Shown here: in pieces, positions 13,003 to 26,033 of the stretch
Position numbering within the stretch: the stretch's first letter is position 1
Layout: the number at the start of each line of letters is the position of its first letter
NCBI RefSeq assembly: GCF_036321535.1
Contig: NC_087436.1
Coordinates: 62,994,001 to 63,058,000 of the forward strand
Reading direction: 5' to 3'
Length of the DNA stretch: 64,000 nt
DNA from: Camelus dromedarius
Taxonomy: Eukaryota
Made by a program: the position numbers and the translations under genes
The notes under the pieces: generated by a model
What the model saw: the letters and a program-made list of their open reading frames with translations, nothing else
Database searches by the model: none
Told to the model about the DNA's origin: nothing

Positions 13003-16000
13003 GAGAGAAAGACTGAGAAAAGGAGGAATCTTACTTCATTCATGAGAATGCATTTGCCAGTTTATATCAACCATATGGAAGAAAAGCAGAAGTGTGCTGT
13101 CCATACTGCAGCCAGAGTGATTTTTAAAGCATGTATCAAATAATAATACTCCTCTGATCAAACATCTCCTGTGGCTTTCTATTGTACTTAAGCCCAACAT
13201 CTTACCATATTGTGGTCTATGGTAACCTCTCCAATCTCATCTCAAACCACTTTCCCATGGTTATCAATGTTTTATCCATACTTGCTCATTTTTTTCCCAA
13301 ACAAGGCAAGTTTTTCCCATTCACATTTCACCTGGAATGCAGATGCTCAGATTTGTGCTCTGCTGAATCAGCTTCATTATTCTGGTTTCATGTGAAATTT
13401 ACAATTCAGAGATACATTGATTCACCAAATCTAAAATTGATACATTGATTCACCTTCACTCCCTTACCAGCTCCATTCCACCTCACCCACCCCAATGTCT
13501 TTCAATTATATTCTCCCACTTTATTTTATTAAAGAATTTGTCAATTCCGGACAGAATCTCATTTATGTGTTCATGGTACATGTACATATACATTTTTATT
13601 ATTGTCTAGTTTTTTCTACTCATTCATGCATTTGTCTATAGTTTCTATATAAATTAATTATATTTCAGTGTGTTAATATTTCTTGTAGGTCATATTTATT
13701 GACAATTTATGTCTTTATTCAGGCTCCCAAAATATAATTTTAGAGTATAATGCACTGAAAACGATCAGACTAACTTTTTCAATAAAACATAAAGTGTTTT
13801 TTTTTTCATTCTAATGGAAAGAAAAAGTAAATCAGATATAGAGACTTTATAATCATTTTAGGCTTAACCTGACTATGCAGAAAACTCTGGAGTCTTCCTA
13901 CCTAGACATTAGACACTTCTAAATAACAAAGAAAAGTATTAATCTGGAATGGTTAAATCTTATACAAATAGCAAAGAACCATATCATAGCTTAGGATTGT
14001 TACCTGTTTACTATTTGCATGCATGCATGTGTGTGTGCCTGTTTCCCTTTAGAATTTAGACTCCATAGGTATAATTATAGACTTAGAAAACCTGTTAAAT
14101 TTTGTTTCTCCCCTCCATGACCACCTTGTTTCTTTTTACCATGAAATATTCATATGCTAAGTTTTCAATAATTTTTAGAGATTCAATGAGGCTTATTTTA
14201 ATTCTCATCATTAAACATGTTTAAACATTCCATCTCTTCTTAAAAAATATGTGGTAAAATCCTTAAAGACCCACTTTACAGAGTGAAGGCAATATATGTG
14301 ATGGAAAGAAATTATTAACAGGATGAATAAGGTGAAACTTGCCTTAGTTTCCTTATCTATAAAAACAGAACATTAGACTTTCTCTCTCTAGTCAATTACT
14401 GCTCTAACAGTATATGATTTTATGCATTTAAAATGAATAACAAGTTACTTACTGATATTCTTCATGACTAAGTTGAACTCTCACTTTGGATTAGTGGAAA
14501 CAATCCTGGTAGCTTCCAATCTCCTTAGCAAGAAGGCTGACATTCCTCCAAAAGTGGATCCTGTCTGGGATACAAATATCCAATAGTGAACAAATGTAGA
14601 TGTTCCCTTTACGAAATTTCCAGCAATGAGTTGTAAAGTCAGTGACAATAAAGACACAATTTCAGCAGTGGTAGCAGTCCTGGTAGTGACTAGAATGAGT
14701 TCATTAGGTCCTTAGTGATTTCTACTCAGGGAAACTGAGGTGCCTCTGGCAAAACCAGAAGATACTATATCCAGCCAGGAAGTGATAAGATCTTACAGGA
14801 CTGTGTAGGGGCAAACAGCAAAGCAAGGCATATCTTTCAGCATGAAAAACTTGAGACTGATGGCAAGGAAAATAAAGCATAAGTGTCTTCTAAAATGTGT
14901 GACAAGAAAACTTCTACTCTGCTGATGTCCCAAATGTGATGAACAGCAACAGCAAAGGGTATCAGCAAAGGGACTCCAGAAGTAGTAAGAAAGAAAGTCA
15001 GGTAGGGCAAAGAACCATGTTAAGGTAGAAGGTTTTTATTTTTCCATCCATTTTTTTTTAAATAACAAAGAGGTAAGCTATGCAAGTAACAGCATTTTAA
15101 AAATTTGAGAAAATGTCTTTTAAATAGAATGTTTGCATTCATCTTATCAGATAATAGGCAAGCTATCAGGAAATTGTAAATTTTTTTGTATGACTTTTTA
15201 AGCCAAGAACTTTGAATACTGTATTTTTTGCGTTTTCCTAGCAAATAGTTAATCATTTCTCGATGCTACAGTATGGAGATTTTACAGAAGGTTAGGAAAT
15301 GCCTTGGTAACACAAGTGGAGTATAACTAATTCATCTTGATTCTTTTCTATACAATAGAGAAAGTCTCCAGTGACACTGATTTAAAAAAAAAAAAAAAGG
15401 ATTAAGGTAGCTCCAGATCCCATTCAGAGAGAAATCTTTAAGCTTGTTCCACTAAGACCTGAAATTTTTCTTCTAACCTTTACTAGTTTGGTCAATGCCT
15501 CCTCTTGAATGTTATATTGTCCCTTTGGGAGCTTTAGGGGTTTATAAAATAATTTAAAGGTAGAGGAGGGAAGAGATTATTATTTGTTAAAGATTGGATA
15601 TCATAAGTGAGTCTGACATAAGGAAGGCCTAGAATGTTTAAATACTTAAGAAATTTGTTTAAAAATTGTGATTGAGGGACCTGACCCCGAAAATGAGTAG
15701 TTCTAGTAAAGAAAGTAAAATAAAAAATATGTATTATAATTTTGCTTCAGGTTTTTTTTAAACCTGCAGTTGGGAAAATCAAGTATTATTAAGCTAGATA
15801 TTTTGAAATGTCAAAGACATCTATGTTGAAAATTCTTTCTTTAAACGTGTCATTTATTCTCTCTAAATGTATATCTAAAGGGACATTTTCCATTGTTATC
15901 AGTGAAAGTCAGTATAATGGTAGAAAGAACATTTGCTTGGGCTTATGTCCTTGACCTGTATTAAGCAAAACTGGTTATCTCTGATCCTCCATTTCTTCAT

Positions 16001-16198
16001 CAATACATATGGGAAGACTAATTCTGCACGTAGGTGAAACTAAATTTTTGTATGGATGTGGTATGATGGAAATCAAAAGTAAATAATAAATATTTTTTAC
16101 TTCCTGTCTTTCTTCTTTTTGTATTTCCTGCAATAAAAACAGTGGTCTTTTCAGAAGTGAAAATGTCTATTAAAATGATGAATAAATAAAATAACTTT

Positions 16199-17527
16199 AG
16201 GAAATTAGAAAAAAGAGAATATTAAACTCAATGTAAGCAGAAGAAAATAAGTAATAAGAATTAGAAAAGAAACCAATGAAATTTAAAATAGGAAATCAAC
16301 AGAGAAAATCAACAAGATGAAAAGCTAGTTCTTTCAATATGCCTCTAGCCAGGCTAACTGTGAAAGAAAATTATGAAAACATAGGAATAAATCTTCATGA
16401 TCTTGGATTTGACGAAGGATTCTTTAGCTATGACATCAAAAGCACAAAGTTACAACAAGAGAAAAACAGATAAATTGTACTTCATCAAATTTTAAAAAAT
16501 GCATGTGTTTTAAAGGACACCATTAAGAGAGTGAAAGGCAATCCAAAGAATAGAAGAAAATATCTGTAAATCATATACCTGATACTGGACTTGAATTAAG
16601 AAAATACAAAGAAAAACCTCTTATAACTCAATAGTAGAAAGACAAATAACCCAATTTAAAAATGGGCAATGTATCTGAATAAACATTTCTCCAAGGAAGA
16701 TATACAAATGGTCAATAAGCACATGAAAAGATGCTCAATCTTATTAGTCATCAGAGAAATGTAAATCATAACCTCATGAAATACCAGTTCATACCCACTA
16801 GGATGACTATAATCAAAAAGTCAGTAACAGCTTTTGGTGAGGATATGGAAAAACTGGAGCCTTCATACACTGATAGTGGGAATTTAAAATGGTGCAGCCA
16901 TTTTGGAAAACATTCTGGTGGTTTCTCAAACAATTCAATATAGTTTTACCATAAGATCCAGCAATTCTATTCCTAGGTTTATACCAAAAAGAGAAATGAA
17001 AACATAAATCAACACAAAACTTGTACATGAAGGTTTATACTAGCATTATTCACAATAGCCAACAGATAGAAACAATCCAAATTCTATGAATTGATTAATG
17101 GATAAACAAACTGGTATATCCATACAATGGACTATTATTCAGCCATAAAGACAAATAAAACAGTGATGCATGCCTGATACATGGATGAACCTTGAAAGTA
17201 TTATGCTAAATGAAAGAATTTGGTCACAAAAGACCACATATTATATTATTCCTTTCATATGAAATGTATAGATCAAAGACATCTATGGAGACAAAAAGGA
17301 GAATAGCTGTTGTTTAGAAGTGGGAGGGGGAACAGTAGGATAGGAGGATAATAGAAGAAGGATGAAGGGCTTTCTGTTTGAGGTGGTAAAAATGGTCTAA
17401 ATTTGACTGTGGTGAAGATTATACATATCTGTGAGAATGCTTAAAAAAAAAAAAGGACTGAAATGTATACTTTCAATGGGTGAATTGTATAAGATGTAAA
17501 TTCTAGCCCATAAAGCTATTTTAAAAA
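16199..17527 (+). mobile_element. L1MB-type LINE-1, internally deleted ORF2 plus 3' UTR
   Basis: ORF2 linker-region remnant (16199-16370) joined to the ORF2 C-terminal region (ORF 16731: [10 protein letters not shown]...FGEDMEKLEPSYTDSGNLKWCSHFGK). The 3' UTR ends gggtgaattgtataagatgtaaattctagcccataaagctattttaaaaa. Confidence 0.85.
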
Positions 17528-17549
17528 GTGACCAAAAAAAATAAATTAC

Positions 17550-18070
17550 TTTGAGCTACTGTAACAAAAACAAATCAAAGCAAAAATGAAAAAAAAAAAA
17601 GAAAAAGAAAAAGAAGGAAAGAAAATACAGTGTTTTAAATAAAATGGAATTTAAAGCTCATTGACATAGTGCAGGCAGAGAAACCCTGCAACTGAAAGAC
17701 ATTCAAAGATCCAGTTTCTATCATTTGTTGTTCTGCTTTTTTACCATGGTGTTTTTCTGATCTGCGTGGTTAAATGAGCTTGTCTCCACATACTAGTCTG
17801 GCCCATGGGAAGGGGAAAAGAAGCTTAGAGTAAAGAGCTTGAACTTTGAGAAGATCATCTGGAAATTTCACACATCACTTTTGCTTACAAGTCACTGGAG
17901 CAAGTTTCCATGTCCAAAGCTAGCTCTAAGGGAGACTGGGGAATTTGAGTGATCATTGCATCCAAAGAAAACATCGAGGTTGTTCTGTGCAAGGAAGAGA
18001 AAGAAAGAGAAAGATAGACATAGTGAGAAACTGAGAGGGAAGGAAAAGATACTAAGAAACAGTTGACTGT
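17550..18070 (-). mobile_element. Old MLT1 (K/L-like) MaLR LTR with an internal A-rich expansion
   Basis: gctactgtaacaaa...aaaatacagtgttttaaataaaatggaattt ... cacatcacttttgcttacaagtcactgg...ctagctctaagggagactgggga. Confidence 0.55.
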
Positions 18071-20518
18071 CTCTATATAATTTGTTTCATCTCTCTGGAT
18101 GGAGATGAATTTTTCACTGGAATTAAAATAAAATATAAACCCTTAACTATGATCCTAAGGCTTTATATTTTCTGACCCATCCTCATCTCTTTGACCTTAT
18201 CTCCTACTATTGTCCTTTTTGCTCATTACACTAATACAAACTATTCTCTTTCTAGTCCCTTCTATCTCTATAACAATATTGTTTTTAACTTAGGATTTTT
18301 ACATGTTGTCATTTGCTATTCCTTGTATTTCTTTCACATTCTCAGCTGGGTCTTCATTCCCATTAAGATTTTAGCTCTTTGGAAATATTTCCTTGGCCAC
18401 CCAAACTAAATTATACCAATTGTTATTGCTCTCATTACTCTGTTTTTTTTTTTCCCCCTCCAAGAGTAATAACCAATAATTGTAATTACTGCTTTTAAAA
18501 GAGTCATAGTTATTCCCTTATTTAATAACTGTAATTAGTGCCTTCAGCACAGTCTAACTTGTTTATTTATTTTATGTACTTAATGTCAATATTTTACCCT
18601 AAAAGTAATCTCTGAGATAAGAACAGAGAATATATATTTCAATAGTCCTCACAAGACACAAACAATACATAATTATGTGTAGAATGAGTGAATAAAAATA
18701 ATATCAATGGTGATGACAGAGGAAGTGTATGGAACCAAAAAAGCAGGAGGAATAAAGAGAAGAAATTCTTTACATAGGGTTGGGCAAAAGGAGGAAAGGG
18801 TTTCTGGAAGAAATGTTCAGAGACCTAAAGTATGATTTTAATGTAGCCAGATGAAGGAATGGCAAAGGAAACAACTGAAAAGGGTCAAAGGTTTTTTCTT
18901 AAATTAAAAACCTAATTCATTCAAGGATCTTAAAAAAGTATACTGGGACCATATCACACACTACAAGTAGGGAATGATAAAAGACTGGGGAGGTAATCAG
19001 GGCCAGTTTATAATAGAATTATTTACAGAGTGTTTGTCAGTGTGTAGAATAAATTCATTCTTACCACATGTCATATTCTTTATTTTACTCAGATCATTAA
19101 GGTGTTTAACATAGTCTTTTTTTTATATGAACGTAAAAATTAGCCTAGCACAATTTTAACTTCTCAGATAACATTGCTTGATAGTGTCTTGATGTTTTAT
19201 TGACTTATTTCATCAACCAATAGGTTGTTCACAGCATAGAATGCTAGAACATTCTACACCAAACATGAAGAGGGAAAACATTTCAGCATTTATGTCCAAG
19301 TACAGCCATCATATAAAACAAGTACAGCCTATGTATAAAATGCTCAGTGCAATAGGCGAGAGAAAACGTCTCTGAAAATAGTATACATGGAGGGAACAGG
19401 ATCCTTGTAATCTCAAACTTTCCTTGGAAGACATTTAATTTGCTTTTTTCAACACCAGCTTAATCTTTTAATACCTATGTTTCTTTAACAATGCATAAAG
19501 CTGTTCCAAAGCCTGGCTGAACGGTGCCCTTCTAAAGCTTCCTACGGAGAACTACTCCTAATAGCCCGTAGTGAGGGAGGGTTTCTTTCAGTTATTCGGA
19601 GCTGGAGGCTTGACTGTCCACAGGAGGAGCTCACCTTTTATCCTTCTGATGGAGAGCACCGTATCCTGGCTTTGCAGTGATCTCCTGAATGAGACGAAAG
19701 AGTTTCATCTCTATTCTGCATCCACATTTTAACTCTATTTTTAATGCTATGGGACATTACATTAGAGAGCATATTTTCAGATACATCAGGATAGGACAGA
19801 AGCTCCAAATAAAAATGTACAACAACCTCATGGTTAAAACTTAAATTATTTACCTTCTTCATTGCATTATTTATAATTAGAAAGAGACTTAAACTTTTTG
19901 ATTTCTACAACTTCTGTTTCCACTGTATCTCACACCAGCTACCATTTTAGCCTTATGTTCTCACATTAGTCACTATATTTTCACGAGTCCCTATATTTTT
20001 CCCTAGCTCTTGAATAAAACCTTCATGAAATGCATACAATTCATGGTAAAGTTAGTAACTCTCCCCTCATCCTTTCAACCTACAATTACTGCTGACTCTT
20101 TCATAAAGTTTGGAAATAACTACCTTTTTCTGGAAAGGAAGAAAGTCAAGGATTCTTTAGGCTTCACAGCACAAAATATATGAAGGTCAATAGGCTACTG
20201 TACCCCATCTTTACACTAGAATTATGAATACATTATGCAATAATTAGCAGTTAAGATTCTTCAATATTAATGAACAAAAAGTATTAGAGTAATAAAACAC
20301 TATGCAAGAACTAAATATGTACTGAGTGCTTGAATAAAATATTACAATAATTCTGTGAACAATTAAAGCCGTAAGTCCAAAAGGAATTTTCATCCTAGGA
20401 GAAAGGATAAAAATGTATTACATACCATAACAGCAGTAGTTGGGATGCATTACCTGAGTGAATACAGTCCTAAGGGATGTAAATAAGTTATTTCCCCTGA
20501 GTGATACAAAAAATCATT

Positions 20519-21115
20519 TGTAATGGAATCTGCCTTTTGCCTGTTTCAGTGTCTGTCCTCCCTTTCAGTAATAGCACTGATTCTCTTGAGGAATCATCCC
20601 AAATCCACTTTCAGCTCATTTGGTTTTAGGAGGATTCACTGTCCCTTTCCCCTTCCCACTTTCTGGCTCCAAGAATAAACCCATGCCAAGGCCAATTCAA
20701 TAACCAGTGTATATTTTCTTGGGCACCTTCATTGTTTTAAGAGAAGCACATGGCCCAAGTCAAACCAATGAGATCCAATTCTGGCTTCTGAAAACACAAT
20801 TACCCTTTCACTGATGAGACTATTAGCCTGCAACCTCCAAGATCCAGTACATGCACAGAGCTCCTCTGAGAGGAAAACCAATTCAGGGGAAAAAATAAGT
20901 AGAACAAAGACATTGGGACAAAGAGGTTTGATCTGCTAATGCTGTTTGAGTATCTGGAGGCAGATACTGCTAATAAAAAGATCTCTTCTGTACTTTTTAG
21001 TTGCATAAAATTATAAAATTGTTCTTTTTCACCGTCTGACCTCCCACTCTCCAATTTTTGAAATTTTTAACTTTTTTTTGCTAAAAATTATTTTTTTTTA
21101 TAATCAAAATTCCAG
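20519..21115 (+). mobile_element. MLT1K-like MaLR LTR
   Basis: tgtaatggaatctgccttttgcctg...taatagcactgattctcttgaggaatcatccc...cactttcagctcatttggttt; tggcccaagtcaaaccaatgaga. Confidence 0.6.
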
Positions 21116-22587
21116 ACCAGGTTACCACCTCATTAGAAAGGAGACAGGATGCGTTTTCAACATTTAGAGAACACTGAGTGATATTCCAGCCAGAGGGAAA
21201 AAGTAAACAAAGGAAATGATCCAGGGAAAGACACTTAAGGTGGGAGCTTACTGTGAATACAGCATAGGGAAAAAAGGGTTCTCATAATGGAAAATATACT
21301 GCACAGAGAAGTCAGGGGCAAGACTGTGCACATTCTTCAACATCAGAACCAGAATGCAGAGTTTGATTCTGCAGGCAAAAAATGTGTCATAGGCTGTTTT
21401 AGACAGAGTAGGAGGATGACATAATCAGCCCTGAAACTGGAATGCTGACAATTTTGCTGACAATTTTGTATTGGCTGACTTTAGAAGAGGAAATTCTAGA
21501 CAAAGAGTTGCAAGGTCATGTGGTTGACACAGAGAAGTAAAGCACTCTTGTGAAGGAGTTGTACCCAGAGCAGATAAAATACAACAGTATGATAGAGTCT
21601 TCTGCTTAATTCAGGAATCTCATGATTACATGGTTCTGCCATTTCTTTTTACTAAATGTGACTACAAAGCATATTAAAGAACATAATAGGATTGATGTCA
21701 GTGAAAACTGATATATAAAAGCATGAAATAGAGTTCACTTAGAGTTTCTGTGTGCAGTTACTAATAAACAGAAACAAAAATTATCAGAGACTTCTCACAT
21801 TAAAAGGAGATAATTTAATAAAAATTAATTTGGGTATAGTAAAAAATTGTGTGTGTGTGTTTGCGTGTGGAGTGTGTACTACTCCAGTTTGAGTAGTTCT
21901 AGTATGAATGATGGTATTATTATTATAAACTGTTTCAAAGTCCATGTAATGTATTTTGAAATGTCTTTTGAAATGTCAGGTATCTCTGATAAATCTTTCT
22001 TTGCTTTAAGAATAAAAAATTTTTAAGTAATGTGAAGAGCCCATTACAGTTAATTTTTTTATTGAAATTATGACACTCTTAATGTTGTTAAGCACATTTA
22101 AAAAGTTGCAATAGTACAAACGTCCAGGTCAGAATTAGTTTAAACTAGAGCAGTGGTGATGTAATCAAGTATACATGTAGGTAGACATGAGGACCATAGT
22201 AGAGGCAGAATACTCAAAATGTCAAATGATTTGCTTACATTTGAGAAATTATCATAATAATGATCTTTCGGTTGATGAAGGAGATACTTATTCAATTGTG
22301 TATAATGACCTTATATGTTGTATGGTACCAGGAATGACAAAGTCTCAGCTCCTTAAAGGATGAATGACCAGATTAAATTAAAAAGAATCTAAAAGTTTTA
22401 GTATCAGGCATAGAATGTACCAAATTTATATTGTGAACCTTATAGCAACCACTAAAATAAATAAGTAAATACATACACATATACATAGAAATACATATAG
22501 ATAGTATATCTAATAAAATTATGAAGGGGGTAAATTTCAATTCTAAAACATTTCTCAAATGGTCAAATGAGGATAGGGTAGACAGTG

Positions 22588-23083
22588 GGGTATCAGGGTT
22601 CTCCAGAGAGACAGAACCAGCAGGATACATACATACATACATTATTACAGGGAGAGACAGACAGACAGACAGAAGGAGACAGAGGGAAGGAGAGAGGGAG
22701 AAAAAGACAGAGAGATGGAAAAAGAGAGAGAGAAACTTATTGAAATAAATTGGCTTATGTGATTCTGAAGGCTGGCAAGTCCCAAGATCTGCAGAATGCA
22801 TTGGCAAATTAGAGACCCAGGAGAGCCAAAGGTGTAGTTCCAGTCTGAAGACTGGCAATCTTGAGACCCAGGAAGTACCCATGTTTCAGTTTATGTCCAA
22901 AGGTAGGGAAAAAAAAATCAAAGTCTCAGTTTGAAGGCACAACGGTAGACAGAAGGAGTTCCCTCTTATTTAGCCTTTGTGTTCTATTCTGGGCTTGACT
23001 GATGGGATGAGACCCATCCACATTACAAAGAGCAAGCTGCTTAGCCATTTAAATTTTAATCTCATCTAAAAACTTTCTCACAG
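22588..23083 (-). mobile_element. MLT2B-like ERV-L LTR with internal (GACA)/(GA) simple repeats
   Basis: atcagggttctccagagagacagaaccagcagga...ggctggcaagtcccaagatctgcag...gagacccaggagagcc. It accounts for ORF 22373-22882. Confidence 0.85.
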
Positions 23084-23320
23084 AACAAACTAGTGGTTAC
23101 CAGTGGGGAGAAGGAAGGCAGGAGGGACAGGAGTATGAGATTAGAGGATACAAATTACTACAAATAAAATAGATAAACAACAAGGATATATTGTACAGCA
23201 CAGATAAATAAAGCCATTATTTTATAATAACTTTAAGTGGAGTATAATCTATAAAAACATTGAATCAATATATTATGCATGACACTAACATAATATTGTA
23301 AATAAACTAAATAAATAAAA
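23084..23320 (+). mobile_element. 5'-truncated L1 3' UTR (laurasiatherian type) inserted near the MLT2 end
   Basis: aacaaactagtggttaccagtgggg...aacaaggatatattgtacagcacag...taatattgtaaataaact followed by an A-rich tail. Confidence 0.85.
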
Positions 23321-23344
23321 GTTGTAAAATTGTCACATCCTAAA

Positions 23345-23860
23345 CAAGGAGTTGAGTTTCTTGGTGGTTAACATTCCTTCCAAATTCCTGTGAGTATCAA
23401 AGGACTTACTGCATTGCAGAGGCTGGAAAGATAAATACAAGATTCCACAGACACCTTTGCAGCAACAGTTATGGATAAATAAGTGTTCACCAACAGGGAC
23501 ATTCCAGTAGGATTTAGAGGGCAGAGTGAGGCAGAGGCTACACTCTGCTAATTACTCAGTTTCTGCCAGCAAGTCCAATGTGAACATGTCTGATTTTTCA
23601 TCGTCAAATTCTTAATAGTAAGAGTTTCCTGGTCATGAATGTTTCTGATTATAAAACCTGCTCATGGATCTGAAATCAGTGGTTGTACTAGCAAGTATTC
23701 AATGCCACAGGTAATTTTCTGATTGTAGAAAAGGCAGTAATTCTCTGGTAGCCCAATTCTGCAGCATCACTCTCAAAGTCAATCATGATAACTGAATCTG
23801 TAGTGTAGTTATTATGAGTTCTTTGTGATTCTTCTGGACATGTGCCTTCTTTTCTTCTTG
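23345..23860 (+). mobile_element. LTR33-like ERV-L LTR
   Basis: ctgcattgcagaggctggaaagataaatacaagattccacagacacctttgcagc...gcagagtgaggcagaggc. Confidence 0.6.
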
Positions 23861-23874
23861 AACTAGTACACTAT

Positions 23875-24420
23875 TTAAGGTACAAGCTGAGTTATTCTAA
23901 AAATGAATCAAAAATATTGCAATGGCTCAACAAAGATACACCTTTCTCCTCTTTCTCCCTTTTTCTCTTTCTCCCTATCTTGCTCTCTCTCCCCACCACC
24001 CCCAACACTCCAGAGGTATGGAAACAGTACAAATTGTCCAGAAAAACCTTCTAAGTGGTCATCCAGAGGACCTCTTCTCTTCTCTCCTGTTGCTCCATCC
24101 TCCCCTAAGGTATTGACCTCATCTGCATGATTAAAATGGTTCATAAGGGCCCCCCATAGGTATTCTGGCCCACAAAATCAGAAAAGCAGAAGTGGAGATC
24201 AAGTAACCACCTTGTACAGCAGACAGACAGAAGCTGTAATTCCCAATTCTATTCAATACTTTTGGTAATCATCTCGGCAAAGCCTTCACTGCTGAGCTAA
24301 GTTAGGAAACAATGTCAGATGTGTAATAATGTATGCTACGTCAAAAATTCAGGGAGTTCTCTAACTACAGCATAGAATGGAAGATTCAGTCTTGAGGCAC
24401 AATTGCAGTATCTATCACAA
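23875..24420 (-). mobile_element. Old MLT1 (L-like) MaLR LTR
   Basis: aatattgcaatggctcaacaaagata...tgttgctccatcctcccctaaggtattgacctcatctgcatg. Confidence 0.5.
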
Positions 24421-24899
24421 TAAGTTAGGATAAATTATTTTCTCAATAGTGGAACATAGGCAACACATGCTGAGTTGCCATGATTTCTACAGCGAGGTAC
24501 TCGATAAGAATCTAATCCATTCATTCCTTGAATAAACACATTGGTGCCTGCCATATTCTAGTTATGTAACAACAATGGTCACTACTCACAGAAGGTTTAG
24601 AGAACAGTGTTGTAGACAGGTAAGTGGACAAATGGATATTTTTTAAATACAAAAAAAATAAAGCAAACATTCTGAGTCCACATGTATGTGTCACATTATT
24701 GTTTCACATGGTTTTAATTTTATAACCTTGGCAATTAACTACTCAGAGAAGTACTTAAAATTAAGAAATTTGAGGCACAGACGGCTTATATTACTTGTCT
24801 AAGGTCACAGAGCTACTTAAATTAGAGAACCAGAGTTCAAATTCAGATATTCTTACTCCAGATGAATACACTTACACATTATATCATATTGGTTTTCAG

Positions 24900-25335
24900 A
24901 ATGTATTACAGGGCATGAAAATACTCAGATGAAGCAATAATAGAACATAGTAGCATGTTCTATTAGGAGGAAAAACTAAACCAAGGTGAAGGTTAGGGGT
25001 TGTTTGTGGTTGTGATATAAAGGCGGAGAGTATTGTACATTCATATAATGAAATACTTTTTAGAGACAAAAAGAAAAAACTATTGCCATTTTCAAAAGCA
25101 GGTATGAATCTCAATGACAACAGAGTATATACTGTATGATTCTAGTTGTATGAAGTAGGAAAAGGAAGAATACAAATGAAATGTGAAAAACAAAATATTA
25201 GAACAGCAGTAGCCTCTAGGAGTGTGGTTGATGCACTGGGAAGGGGCAAAAGAGAAGGATGATGGAAATGTGCTATACATGAGAATTCAGTGTTTTGTTA
25301 AATTTAGTTATATTTCACAATAAAATTTTGCCTTT
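24900..25335 (+). mobile_element. L1ME-type 3' end fragment
   Basis: tattgtacattcatataatgaaatact...ggtatgaatctca...atactgtatgattct...tatatttcacaataaaa. Confidence 0.6.
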
Positions 25336-25831
25336 CACTTTATGTACACATTACCTTTATTAGTAGTTTTTGTATTGTAATAGTGGTGGGGATTAGACAT
25401 TTTTTAATACCTTCTGTGTATTCTATGTCCAAACAAATGAGGAAATATACTATGGTTAAAAGGTAGAAAACAGTTAATAACTGTTCCCTTAGTGGATGCA
25501 GGCAACAGAGAAATGAGAGAAAATGGGAAGTAGTCAAGAATCACTACCTGGTTTTTGGCCTGATGAAGTAGAAAATGTTGGTGCCATTTGTAGGGAAGAG
25601 GAAAGGAAGAAAGAAGAGATAGAATTATCTCAGGGGAGAAGATATTAATTGAATCTAACAGAGTGGATGAGATCTTCCATGTGGAAGGTAGAAATTAAGA
25701 AGACGACAAAGGGAATCTTTTGGAGTGATGATATTTATGAAAAGATATGTTATGTAGAGAATCAGGATTGGATATACACCAGAAAGCAATTATAACCAGT
25801 CAAATGGAATGATTCTTCTTTGTTGTATAGA

Positions 25832-26033
25832 GTATTAGTTCTTACATGTTAGATGACTCAGCATCACCTGCCTGGAAGGGTTTTTAAAATACAGATTTTC
25901 ACAGATTGTGGGATCCTACTTCTAGTCTCTGACGCAGTTAGTCTAAGTTAAGTGGAGCTAGCCTTTGCTCCTAAAATGAACTTATATGTTGCTGTTGCTG
26001 ATGGTTGAGGACCTAGTTTCAGAATAACCATAC
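25832..26033. mobile_element. MER5A-like hAT-Charlie relic
   Basis: tcagcatcacctgcctggaagggtttttaaaatacagatt...tgctgttgctgatggttgaggacctagtttcagaataacca. Confidence 0.6.

Noticed and set aside
22373..22882. Longest ORF in the track (169 aa)
   Set aside because: It is a read-through of an MLT2 LTR and its simple repeats, with low complexity and no protein-family motif.
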